Below, piece after piece: positions 36,529 through 48,696 of a stretch of 64,000 nt of DNA. The notes beneath the pieces are model-generated. The model worked only from the letters and a program-made list of their open reading frames with translations. It was not told the DNA's origin and did no database searches. The translations under genes and the position numbers were made by a program. The DNA is from Chlorokybus atmophyticus (lineage: Eukaryota > Plantae > Mesostigma and Chlorokybus algae): the NCBI GenBank assembly GCA_009103225.1, contig RHPI01002090.1, positions 1,730,854-1,794,853 of the forward strand. The letters run 5' to 3'. How positions within the stretch are numbered: the stretch's first letter is position 1; the number at the start of each line of letters is the position of its first letter.

Positions 36529-37803
36529 ATGTCGGTCCGGAGTCAGGTCACGAGGGCGGGGAGCAGGGATCCCCCGCTTGACGTGGTGGACTTGTGTCGG
36601 CGTGAGGACCCGAGCAAGGTGCTTACGATCGCTGCGGGAATGATCAAGCGTTCTCCGCGGTCGCCGCTGGGTCACCGCCTACTTATCGCCACGCACGTCC
36701 GCATGGCCATGGACAGCAAGGATCAGGACGAGCAGCAGCACAAGCAGCACCTTTTGACGGCGCTGCGTGCGGCCCGCGCGGCCACGCTGATCGTGAGCAA
36801 CTCCCTCGGGTGCTGCCTCATGCACGCGCAGCTGGCGGCAACCATGTCGGACGATATGGAGGCCGTCGTGCGTGAGTGCGAAAGTGCCGTCAACATCGCT
36901 AACCCCATCGACCCACTCGACGAACGCGTGGACGACTCGATCGCATTCCCACCCGACAGCAACCCGCAGGACCGAGTGCGGGCTGTACTCGCACTCATTG
37001 CCACCACAAAAGAAGCTGCCCTTGCTAAGATGGCGGCCTCGTCCTCCTCCTCGCCAACCACAAAAGCTTCACACCCACCCGAATATGCACCCGTGCCGGT
37101 GCTCGTGCCCGTGGCACCCCGCACGCACACTACCGATGACAAACAAGCAGACCTACCAGCTCCCGACAACAACAACAACAACAACACCGCAGGCCAACAA
37201 GCATCTTCACTACCAACAGACAGTGCGAATGGAGAGCAGCCAATGTCTCCATGTGCACAAGCAGCGGCGGGTTCGCCTCGCGTTGCGGTGAGACCTCCTC
37301 AGCGGCGTAACAGACGGGCCGCGAGTGACAACAACAACAACACTATCAGCAGGCCGGTGCCCATCGTGGTACCTGGCGCGGATAGTGCGAGTGCGGGTGT
37401 TGATCATGAGGATGATGATGATGATAGTGACTCGGATGCGAGTCTTGGTGGTGAGCTGTCGCCCGTGCCGATGGCCAACGGCTTTGACAGGGAAGAGAGC
37501 ATGTCCCCGTTCTTCCTCACCACACCATTGCCAAACGTAAGCAGTTGCTTGGAGGCATGTCAAACATCCAACTTGCATGCACACCCACCAATGCTTGCGT
37601 GCTGTGCTTCTTCAAGTGCAAGTACTTATGCCATGATTGGGTATTGGTCATGGCAGGGCTCCAGCAGTTTTGCCAAAAGCCCCTTGCAAGGTCTGGAGGC
37701 ACGTGTGGCACGCAACCTCACGTTCAACTCGGACTCCAAGCAGCAGGAGCCTGCGGGTGAGGCTGGCGTGTACGTCTACACCTCATCGGACGACAGCGAG
37801 TGA
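36529..37803 (+). CDS. DUF627-like N-terminal domain plus low-complexity tail
   Basis: KQHLLTALRAARAATLIVSNSL...EAVVRECESAVNIANPIDP resembles the plant DUF627 pattern (RHLKNAIESARKAVELSPNS...EEVVQECERALAIENPVDP); possible intron 37537-37657. Confidence 0.6.
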   Translation: MSVRSQVTRAGSRDPPLDVVDLCRREDPSKVLTIAAGMIKRSPRSPLGHRLLIATHVRMAMDSKDQDEQQHKQHLLTALRAARAATLIVSNSLGCCLMHAQLAATMSDDMEAVVRECESAVNIANPIDPLDERVDDSIAFPPDSNPQDRVRAVLALIATTKEAALAKMAASSSSSPTTKASHPPEYAPVPVLVPVAPRTHTTDDKQADLPAPDNNNNNNTAGQQASSLPTDSANGEQPMSPCAQAAAGSPRVAVRPPQRRNRRAASDNNNNTISRPVPIVVPGADSASAGVDHEDDDDDSDSDASLGGELSPVPMANGFDREESMSPFFLTTPLPNVSSCLEACQTSNLHAHPPMLACCASSSASTYAMIGYWSWQGSSSFAKSPLQGLEARVARNLTFNSDSKQQEPAGEAGVYVYTSSDDSE

Positions 37804-38569
37804 GCTGAACAACACGCACATTGTGTTGTTGTAGCAAGAACGCAGCATATCTGCATAGCAAGTACAGCGCAGTAGTAGACCAGAGGCAGATCTTTGTTGA
37901 CAGCAGGAGGGGGGTGGGGGGTAATGCGAGTACGTAGTGCGTAGTTGCAAGTTGTCTTTGAACTTGACAGTCGTTGGCATAGCCATGTACAGAGACTCAT
38001 GGGCGAGCAAGTTGTTGTCACGCATTTCGCAAGGGTGCATCATGTTGTGGCTGGTATGAAGAAAGTGGAATGATTGTCTTTGGCGTATGAGATGTGGGCA
38101 GGGAGGTTATGGCATATATACGACTTGGTAGATGTGCAACATGGTCATTGTGCGTGTCCCCTGGCAATCCTTGTTCTGGCAAACACATGTTCCGGCTAGT
38201 GCTTGTAACCAAAGTCATAACATGAGCAGCTTCACTGCATCCTGTTTGGAATTCAAACACCCTCATGCAAGCAAAGCACACCCCTGGAGCATGGTGCATA
38301 CAGTCTACACTGGGTGCGGAATGCGGCATTTGCCATGCCGTTTGCTGTTGTTGTTGTTGTTGTCGTTGCTTACTGAAGTCGTCCCACCAAGGCAGTACGA
38401 GCCAATCAAGTACATGCTGGTGCTGTTTAAAAACGTAGCTCGGGCTTCTTGATGACTTATACAGGCTGTACACACATTGACTACTCAACCACTCCGTATG
38501 GCACGTCACGAATGTTGCCTAGCAGCAGGCATTCACTTCACTTCAACTGCAGCGTGGTCGTGGGGGAGC

Positions 38570-41016
38570 ATGGCGGCGTCAACGGCGTCGGCGTTGCTGG
38601 CGGCGTGCGCGCCAGGTCGCATGCCGTCTCGGAACGTTTTCAGGTAAGCTGTTGCGGCGGCGCAAGTGCAGGTCGCGGGGGGTGGGGCCAGATGCTCATC
38701 GACGCCAGCATGACGTTCAGTGGGTTGGCTTCATGCTGTTGTTGTGCACTCAGGGGATTGCGTCACTGTTTGGAGCATACATGCGGCTTATCACGTATTG
38801 AAGCGCAGCATACAATTAATCGCTAACTCTCCATTCCGAGCTCTCCTCGCAACCCTGTCTCATACATGCATGCATGCATGCATGCTTTCCAGGCCCATCT
38901 CGGCAAGAGCGAGAGTCGCCGCACCACACGCAGTTGGGTAGCAGTCGCTGTGAAGCATACATTGTCGGGACTGTCGGGGCAGTCACAAACTCAAGCAATC
39001 AATCAGTAAACGTCGTCATCACCGTCTAGACACCCTCACACACAAGCAAACAGCCCCCTGCGCATTGGTTTTGAGACTGGTCGAGCGGAGGTGCAACTTG
39101 TCTCATGGCAGGAATCGTCAGTGCTCGCATGCCTTGCGGCGAAGGCGGGTGCAGCCGAGTAGAGGTTGCGCACGTCCATCACAGGTTTGCAAAACACAAT
39201 TATGTGTGTATGTAATGCTCTGTTAGGTGGTCTTAGTTTGTATGGGGTGTGTTGTGTTGTGCCCGCAGATTAAGTGCGCAGCTGGGTCGGGGACGGGTGT
39301 TGAGGACGTTAATCGGTTGTCCTTCCGACTGGTATGGACAAAGCAGGTTTTGTCCATGTGTTCGCCATTCCTTGCACTCGTCCTGTCGTAATTGGCATGA
39401 CTGTCCAGCAGCCTTCGACTCACCGTGCATGAATGAATGCAAGTGCAACAGCACAGCAGTGTACAAGTACACCGCATATGTGGCTATGTGGCAGATTCAG
39501 CGTGCACAACACAACCATAAGTTTGTCCACTGAACGCTGCTGCCTATGCTGTGCAAGGGTGTTTAGCAAGAACCAAAGCAACCGCATGCAAGTTCTTACT
39601 AGCAATGTCAAGTTATGATCATGTGTGCTTCTAAAACAAGACAACATAATCACGTAGTGTACACCGTTATAAGCACGCTGTCATCGATTGCCAGGCTGCC
39701 AAGTGTGTAACCAATAATATCATGTGTTGTTTGTTTCAAGCTTGCACCTCTGCTAACTGCTAGTTCTCATTTGAAACATTTTGTTGCAGCCAAGTATCCC
39801 TGCGGCTTCGTCGAGCGATCGCGGCGTCTCGGCACTCCAGTCAACGCTGTTGCCGTGTGCTCTCGGCGCCGCTCTCGCAGTTCGCGACGTCCGCATCGAC
39901 CCAGCTCGGCTCACTGCCACCACGGCATTCATCCTGTGCACCAAGGTACATTGATGCGCGGTCGACTGTGTTGTACCAATTGCTGCGTGGTACTCTTTGC
40001 AAATATTTGTGAACCACAACAGGTTGCCGCGCTACTTGTCACATGCCAGCTCCAAAATCCAGCCACAGTTGGCGAGGATCAGCTGGAACAGGACTCAGCA
40101 ATCAGGTGTCAGCGTGCACTTGATTTGCAACAGTGGAACACAACCAGCTGGACAGCTGTTGTCGTATGTGGGATGTCCCTTGGGGTGGTTGCGGTTATTG
40201 CAGGGAAAAAGGTCAGCTTGCTGGGCGTGCTAAGTTGTACAAAGTATGCAATGCAGAATTGTGTGTGTGTTTGCTCACGGCTTTCTACTACTGATCAAAC
40301 TCTCTGTTTCTCATGCGCACAGATTGCGCTGCTTGGATTAGTGTTGGTGTGCTTCAGCATCCTGGGTGTGGTTACACAAGCTTTGCACAGTACGCCGGTG
40401 CCCACCTTGCTGGCAGTCATTGCTGTAGCAGTCTGTGGTGTGCTGCCCATTGCCATCACTTACTTCGCACAGGTAGCTTGCACTTTCTGGCTCGCTACCC
40501 AGGCCAAGTGTGGTTCTCTTCTCTTCAACGCCTGCGGTAACTTTGTACTAACAGGCGGCAACATTTTACTCCCACCCGCTGTTGTTCGCGTTGGCTGTTT
40601 CATTAGGGAGTGCTGTAGCTGCTGTTCAATACTTGGCGCTTGTGGAAACCACACATATTCGAGACTCCATGCCAGCTGCGGAAACGCTCCCTTTCACTAT
40701 CAAGGTGCTCATGGGACATAGCTCACCTCATAACAACGCAGCAACAGTCAAGGACGAGGGTTTATATTATGGCATGGCATGGCAGATGGCGCTATTGGTA
40801 CTGTCAAGCTTCGCTATTGTGCCGCTTCTGCTGTGTGCGTGCTTGTATACTCCTACAAGCTGGATATTGCTGCCTCTCCTGACTGTACCCAGTTGGCGAC
40901 AAGTATGGCAAGAGCATCTAAGAGACAACAGAGTTGTTGCGGGCACTTCCAACAAGCGTAGCAAGCTTCTCACAAAGTATGGGTTGCTACTTGCAACTGG
41001 TGCACTCCTTTGCTAA
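38570..41016 (+). CDS. Plastid-targeted MenA/UbiA-fold membrane protein with degenerate Asp motifs
   Basis: Transit-peptide-like exons MAASTASALLAACAPGRMPSRNVFR|PISARARVAAPH; STLLPCALGAALA, LPIAITYFAQ, ETTHIRD..TLPFTIK and terminal KLLTKYGLLLATGALLC follow MenA topology; splice phases consistent. Confidence 0.6.
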
Positions 41017-41287
41017 CGAGGAGCACAACAGGAGAACAAACAGGTACAGCCCTGTGTCTGCTGCGACCACTGCTTGGCCTCTATCGGGTGCCAACCTTCT
41101 GTCGCAGGTATACAAGCAAACCAAATACCAACCAGGAAACAAACTTCAGCAATGGTTGGGCCAAACGAATTGCTCCGAGCTTGGGACTGCTACATCTCTT
41201 TCACATTTTGCTACAGCTGCTGTGTACGTCTTGGCTACAGTCCTCTGGAATATGCGCCCACCCCTGCGCAGAAGACTGAGCTGTAAG

Positions 41288-44013
41288 TTAAGCAGCATTG
41301 GCGTCAGGCAGAGGTGAGGATATTCGCTGCTTGCTTGCCTGCGCGCTGTGACGCTTGAGGCAAGGAGAGTCTTGCTGCTCACATTGCATTGTTTCCAGCT
41401 TGTCAAGGCGTAGATGCAAGCTGCGGCGTGCTTTGGACAGGGTAGGATGCGTGCTGAGCCCAGGCCGCTTCATCTTCCCACCCAACTGGGCAGCAGCTTT
41501 GGCTGCAAGGAACGAGTTCAGTTAGCCTTTACATACAGTGTGTGTGCGCCCTCCTATGAGTGTGGTTGTCACGCACCATGGGCGGCTACATCCGCTGCGT
41601 ATTCACTCATCTCGAAGTTAGTCACTGCGTCACTGCCACTATATGCTATCGCTGCTCGATCATATGCTCTGCAGCCATACCATGGACATGAGTAGATGGT
41701 TGCAATGAGCCATCCTGCAAGACAATGCACAAAGACAAACCTTGCTGCATCGTCTTCTGAGTCAAATAACCCTAGGTAGATGTACCTGTTCCAATCAGCA
41801 GCATAAGAGGCAGTCAAAGAGAATGACCGACGTTCACTACTGCTAGACTTACTTTTTGCGCAAGTACTGCCCCATGCGGGCCTCCCAGCGGCCGCACTTG
41901 TGCTTTGTGACACCCCTGTACTTGGAGCTCCCACGCGCAAAACCCTTGCTCTGCCGGCGCAGCGCATGCACAAACTCGTCCTTGCTTTTCGTACTCATCT
42001 GCGTCCATGTCCACATCAAACTCAAGTACATCAAGGTTGCACTGATGCTGGACACCTTGGCGATAGACAATGAGCTAACCTGTCTCATTCCCTCTTCATA
42101 CTCACTGGCGGCGAAATTGGTGTCGGCATTGCTGCCCCGAAACTTGATTGCAGCCTTGTCATATGCCCTTAAGGACCAGTGCGCAGAGTGAGCACACCGC
42201 AACAGCTTGGCACATGAACAGCACAACTTGTAGTAGTCAATGGCCTAGTGTACGCAACGCTGCTCTAGCTGTCATACCTTGCAGCTGCCTCTTCGGTACC
42301 AAAACCTCCTGTCACAGCAAGCTCAGACAAAAAACCCCAAAACGGGAGTGGTACACAACACTATGCGGCTTTATCACAGTGACAGACCCAAACCCACATC
42401 TGGTTGGGAAAAACTGCAGCACAGAGCGGCACTGGCGCAGATAGCTCACCCAAGTAAACTTGCTTGCCACAGTCCCATATGTGTGCTTCCCAACGACCTG
42501 TGCGTCTGCAAGAACCCAGCAGTAAGCTTCGTCTGCCCGTGCAGCGGCTTGTGTCGCATCACTGTATAGCGTGTCTGGCTCTGCCATGCAAGCAGAACTG
42601 CAAACAGACACTACCTGTAAAATGTCACGCCGCGGTGTTGCGAGCTGCTGGAGCGGGGACCTCGACGCGGGCGAGCCTTCGTTGTGACTGCAGTTTGTTG
42701 CGCGTCATTGGCAGGTGGCTCGCATGATGCTACCTGCAGTGTGCTTGGGTCCGCAGCGACACCCTCAACCTTAGGGCCAGCATGTTGCGATCGCACTTCT
42801 TGAACCGTTGAGTGCACTAGAGCGTGCTCAGTAGCCACAGATGGGATGACCTGCATACGTAGAAACACAGGCAGAAAAGCAGAGTTGGTTGCAATGTGTC
42901 GGTTGACTGAGCATATGCGCGTGTTGGGAAAGGGATGGACTAGGAGTTCACCGCGGAGTCAGGTCTCAGGCGCTCAGGACAAGACTTTGTCCCCGCAGGA
43001 CCAACGCAAAATCAGCAGTAAATGTGCAAATGCAGGCACTGTGTCTGGCTGACTTACCTGCTCGTTATGTTGGCTGGCACTAGCCACTGAAGCATTCCTG
43101 CGCGCTTTGGCGTTGCGCAGAGCGTTTGTGAAACCTTTGTTGCTGTCCAGCACAGAGCTGGTACCAGAGGTGTTGAGCTGCAGCATGCTGCCCATGCTGT
43201 CAACGAGTAACGTCGTCCACCCCGGCATGGTGGATGCTGCTCCACTTGTCACCACAACTGGAACAACTGGAACAGGAGCCTTGGTAGTACTTAGGCATAC
43301 AGGTGGAGGCTGAGCTGCGTTGGTACACGCGCTGCTGATTTCTGGCCTGTTCAGCCTGAGCGAAAGACTGCAGCTGGGCAGCTGGTCGTTGCAAGCAGGG
43401 GAGGTCTGCACATGGGTTGCGAGCTCGCAGGGATAGTCACTGCTTCGGTCTGAGATCACTCTGCGTGACATAACAGTCGCTGAGACTGCTTTGGCTGTTA
43501 CCCTTAGCAAAGTGATCCATTGCACACTCAGCAGCGTTACCTGACGCTCACAACGCGTGGGACGCAAGCAGTGGCAGCTGTTTTGTGCGTCTGCTGGACA
43601 TGAGTGAAAAGTTGTTCAAGCCCATGTTGCAGTGCTGAAGCTGGGTGCAGACGCACTGGCTCAGCCAGCGTTTCATACGCTGTCGGGCCACAGCTCGCCA
43701 GCCACATGCCTGCCTCCCCCCTTCACCCCAGCCGTCAATTGTGTACAAGAAGCAGCAGCACCACCCGCTGCTCTGCTGCGTCGAGCACAAGCCGGTGAGT
43801 AGAACACTTACCACACCAGCTAGCTACCAGCGCACAAGCATGCTTCCTAGCAGACTCCGCTAAAGAGAGAGAAAGGGAGCGAGTGCAGCTGCATTCTTTG
43901 CATGCCGGAGGCGGCAACAGTGGCTTAGCGCATCGAATTGTCTGCGCATGCAGCTCCTCAAATAAAATCAACAAAGCGCTGCGCTCGCTGCTGCTTCTTG
44001 CGCTGCAAGGCAT
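41288..44013 (-). CDS. Double-AP2 transcription factor, euAP2 (APETALA2/TOE) type; start codon uncertain
   Basis: [11 protein letters not shown]|[19 protein letters not shown]|[10 protein letters not shown]|[11 protein letters not shown]...|...[36 protein letters not shown]|[15 protein letters not shown]|AYDRAAI; stop at 41288. Confidence 0.93.
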
Positions 44014-46227
44014 TCATAGCACCGCTCTGCTGTGACACCTTGGGCTGGGAGGCTGGATAATCGCTATCAGCCAGTGTTATCCACGCACACGCATACATAC
44101 ACAGACGCACTCACTCACCCACTCTCCTAAAAAGTAAAAGCAGCATCATCAGCTCAAGCACACCCCATGATCAGCTTGAAGGCTCTCCTGACAAAGTACG
44201 GGCAGAATCCTCCTGCGGCGACAGCATTGCTTTGCGTTGCTGTTTTTTTTGGGGTGCCCTGCCACATTCACCCGCTCTCCGTTGACCGACCATTTCAGCC
44301 GCCCGGCGCGCCGTCGCCGTCGTCCTCGCAGACAGCTGGTGAGGAGCCAGCGCAAGCATCCACCCATCTACCTCGTGAACAACGACAACGACTTGACAGC
44401 AGAATTGTGTGTATGCTGGAAGCGACACACGTGCACGCTGTCAAGTCGCTTGATGCTGTTCAGATGAAAAGCAGTCAGCGCGGGTCTCCAAATGACGTAC
44501 ATTCAACATAGTCTAGGCCTAGCTTTGAGAGATTGTTTAGCGACACACTATGATGATCAGTGACACTTTATCAACAACAAAACGTACCTGGTTGTATAGT
44601 ACGCATGGTTTCCTGTTGATTATTGTAAAGCTGGGTGATCTCACACTCCCATCAAGCTGAGCTCTACCTCCTCGCCCTATGCATAGGCTACCGGTATGCT
44701 CCGGTGCTGCCACACACTGTCATATGTCTTTGACCAGAAGTGTCCCTGCGCTCCCGACACGGAATTGCAAGTCAATGCAGTGCTGCTGCTTGCTCAACAG
44801 TCGTCCAGCCAGGTAAGACAGACCATCATGCATGGTTGACGAAAACAGCAACGAATTGAGTGAAAAGATGACAAGACAGCACGGTGTCTGTCAGTGGCAC
44901 ACACTGCGGGTACTCTGAGAGCGGTTTTCTCGAGGTATGTAGCTAAAGGCCAGCAAAACTCCGCACTGGGATGCGTCGGCGGTTTTGCTGCGGGAGAATT
45001 ACTTGAAGCTTACACGTGTTCGTGCGCTTTGTCTTGTCCAACGGGGCATCCGTAAACGCTTCACTAACAGCTGAATCACTCTGTGTAGATGCGCCTATGC
45101 ATGTATGTGCAAGCACTGCACAGTAACTCAGGCGAGGCGGCGATTCTAAGAAAGAGAGAGACGAGTCCGCGCCAACCAGCCCGACTCGGCTTGGGAAGAG
45201 GGACCTCACCTTTCCCGGACCCGCCTAGGTCCAGCAGTCTGCGTCGACGTGCTCACTGCAGAGGCGGGCTGTCACAGATGGAAGCTCGTAACAGCACCGT
45301 CTGGGAGCGGGCACTGTGACTACCAACGAGGCATGCAGCACGCGCAGAGCTCACAGTCAAGCCACTGCTGAGTCATACGCACATGCAACCATGTGTGCTC
45401 ATCTTGGTTGGGTGCAATCCTTGGCAAAGAGAAGGATCTACTCTGGGCAAGGGAGCAAATTCTGCACGAGGGCCTATTGCTTGCTGCCCATCTGCAGTCT
45501 GCACCGTTGTACATGTACTAATTACATTGTATACAGTGTCTACCATGTAGTGGACACGCAGCACACTGACACCACCGAGGGTCTCGCTGCAAGGGTTGAG
45601 TTGCGGGCAACCATGCGCACATGCTTGCAGTCGTGTCCTGTGCTGCTCATGAACCAGCAACGCATCATAAGGTATAGTAATGGGTGCACACTATGCCCTG
45701 CGTAGGCATAGACAAGCAACATGGCACATGCAGTCAATGGCTTGGTGCCGTGCACCATGTGCCATGTTGCCATCCCAGAAAAAGGGAGTGGCGAGACAAT
45801 TGTAGAAATGTGGCTGAATGCACAATCGACCTGAGGACTGGACCCGTTCACATGTGTGAGACTGGGAGGCTCCTCCCCCCTGAGACGTGCGTGGTGTGTG
45901 TGTGTGGGGTGGGGGGGGTGGGGGGAAGGGGGGACGGGGCGGGGATCACGCACTGGCTAGTTTTCATTGCGTATGCAACCAACTGTGTGCAGTACAAAGC
46001 GCATACAGGCTGATATCATGTAAAGTGTTACTTACAAAGACGCCTGCCTGAGATAATGTTGACTGCACTTAACTGCCACTGCAAACCACATCAGCGCACG
46101 CCTCCCACCTTGATGACAGCATGCTGCGCAACGTGTATGATAAGCAATAACAGCAACTGCAGCTAGACCATGACAAACATGGCAGCAAACTTGACTGACA
46201 ATCCCATGACAACTATTACAGTTATGC

Positions 46228-48436
46228 TCAATGTTGGCTGCCCTGTGCACGTTTGGCAGCTTCCCCCTGCGCTAGCAAAGCATCTACCTCGCCCTTGGTA
46301 TTGTACATGTCCACAAGCTTCTTGGCATACGACGGCACGTGCTGATCAGCACGCTGCTTGCCCCAAGTCCGCATAACATACAGGTAGTTGCGAATAGTGT
46401 GGTAATCTAGCGAGTATCGCCCGAACTCCAATCCTTTTGGTCCAATCTTCTCCAAGACCCATGCCAGTAGCTTGCCGACAAAGCGTGGTGCAGGCTTTGT
46501 TTTCTGCACCCCTAGCGTGGCGCGGTCATCGCTCTTTACCGTCTCCATCACAAATGCTGTGCGGCTGCCGGTGCTCACCGTTGGCGTGATCTCTAGCTGA
46601 TCGCGCACCAGGTCCAGCATCTCCCTGCCTTTGCTGTTGCGTACGGTGATGTATTGCGGATGATTCGACATGGACACGCCAGGCGTCTTTGGCACCCCCA
46701 TGTAGCCAACAACAAGGTCGGCTAAGCCATTGGTGTAGTCAAAGCAGGTGTAACATGATGGAGCGATCACGTCTTTCAAATCGTCTGCCGGGAGACAGAA
46801 GTATGGAACCTCCTCAGTGCGGCCATCCAAGTGTTTAAGATGCACCTGTCATTGCGCTGTACACATGAGGCATGATACAATCACCCAGTAATGATGCAAG
46901 TCAATTGCACATGTTGGCTTTCACGCACACACAGCGACTATGACAACTGGCACCTGATAGTCTTGCATGAACTCGTAGTGAAGCACAGTGGAAGGGTCAT
47001 CACTGGCTGCGTTCAAAAACTTCTCCAGACCTTCGCGTGGCCCATTGTCAACGCAATTTGTACCCAACACATACAACTTTTCCAAGTTCAAGTGTTTCTC
47101 AACAGCTCGCAATGCCTGAACCTGTGGAGAGTCAAGTACTGAATAATGCAGGGCAGACAGCACATGCTGCAACGTGTTCGTTGCAACGGGACATGTCAAC
47201 TTGCACCCAAGATGGGCTTTCGCCGTTACCTGGCACCCAACTCCACAGAACAAAAGCCTCTTCACGCCTGCGGCCTCGACAAGTGCCAGCGTATTGAGGT
47301 TTGGAGACAGTGATGGCTTCACTCCGCGTGCCGCAACGACTTCCTCGGGCGTCCTGAATCGCAAAAAGAGTGTAGTGCATGCCAGACTAGCAAGACTGAT
47401 GTTTGACTATGGCCAGCTATTGTCAGTTTGCATACACCAATGCATGCTGTTAAGCTTTTACCTTGCGAGGACAGGATAAGGTTTGAGTCTGTCATTGGGG
47501 TCACTACGCAAGAACGGAACATTAGACGAGGGAGTTGCATAGTTAAACAAAGCAACACAACTCACCTCTGTACACAAATGACGGCATCAACACGGCCCGA
47601 CTTCAACATCTCCACTGCAATTGAGGTTACAACACCAGTCCACTGAGCTCCTGCAATGACAGACGCCACTTGTTACAATGTTGCTACTCAGCATGGCGCG
47701 CTGATAGCTGTCGGTAGCAGCCCAATCAAAACATGCAGGAGCACCCCCGCCAGCATGTCGCGCCCCATTCCAACAGCCTCGTTGCGATACCCGGCACTGG
47801 TGGTACCCGCTTGGCATACATCATCTCCTCGTGGACACCAAAGTGCGTGTCGTCCATCGACAACGGGTCGCGCCCTCGTCCATGAACAGCAGGCTCCAGT
47901 TGCTGCGCTGACACAATGGTGAGAACTGGCAGACAAGAACGCTAGGCAGAAGAGGCACGACATCGGACAGGCTACCTACCTCAACACGAGACATGCCATC
48001 GTTAAGAAAGGCGCAAGCGCTCTTCACGTGGGCGACATAGTAAGTGTCACAGAGACCGCAGTGGCTGCAGATCATCCCCACATGTCGGTGTCGCAGTTGT
48101 CGGCAATGCTTGCAGCAGAGGCGTTTGCCAAGCAGGCGGACAACATGCTAAGTATGTAGCAGCACTGCTGTCCCCGCTCACCTGCAGTGTTCTTTCGCAG
48201 GATAGGTGCTTCCCGGCTTGATGGGTTTTGCCTTCGTTCGCCAATCGTCAGCCTTGCTGCTCTCCCGCGTAGCCACGCAGCCTGCAGCTCACAGTTGCTG
48301 CACTGCGTTAGGTAACAGGCTTCCAACAACTTTGCAGCGTCAGACAGGGACGATGGCAATGCGAAGCACAGTCGAACACTTGAACAATTCTGTTCATTAA
48401 ACTACGCCTATTCAAAGCACGTGCGCACACGCCCAT
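46228..48436 (-). CDS. HCAR: 7-hydroxymethyl chlorophyll a reductase, plastid
   Basis: KPIKPGSTYPAKEHCS|HCGLCDTYY..ACAFL, QWTGVVTSIA, LFCGVGCQV, LYVLGTNCVDNG, HYEFMQDY, SCYTCFDYTNGLADLVVGYMGVP. Confidence 0.95.
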
Positions 48437-48696
48437 CAACGTTTGCAACTGAAACTGCAAACAGCAACAGTGCAGAAGAGGCTTGACCGCTGCATGCAGT
48501 GAAATGAGACGCTTAACCACTGTGTGCACAGCATAACGTGGCAATAATGACGTCCCCTAGCAAAAACGCCAAACTGGCTTACACGTTTGAAGCGGGAGTG
48601 CTGTGCGCTTGGGCCCCGGCAAACCGCAATTCCTGCGGCTCTCAAGCGCAGATCCAGGCCGTCTCCTGTTAAGCCGAAGTGCAGCTGAGTCAATGC

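Noticed and set aside
44140-44152. GCAGCATCATCAG, partial miR172-target-like match near the AP2 gene
   Set aside because: Antisense to and upstream of the AP2 coding region, only 13 nt; consistent with chance
44149-45320. Short ORFs and a possible 12-nt micro-exon (44801-44812) upstream of AP2
   Set aside because: Splice-like signals on both strands without a coherent frame; may be AP2 5' UTR
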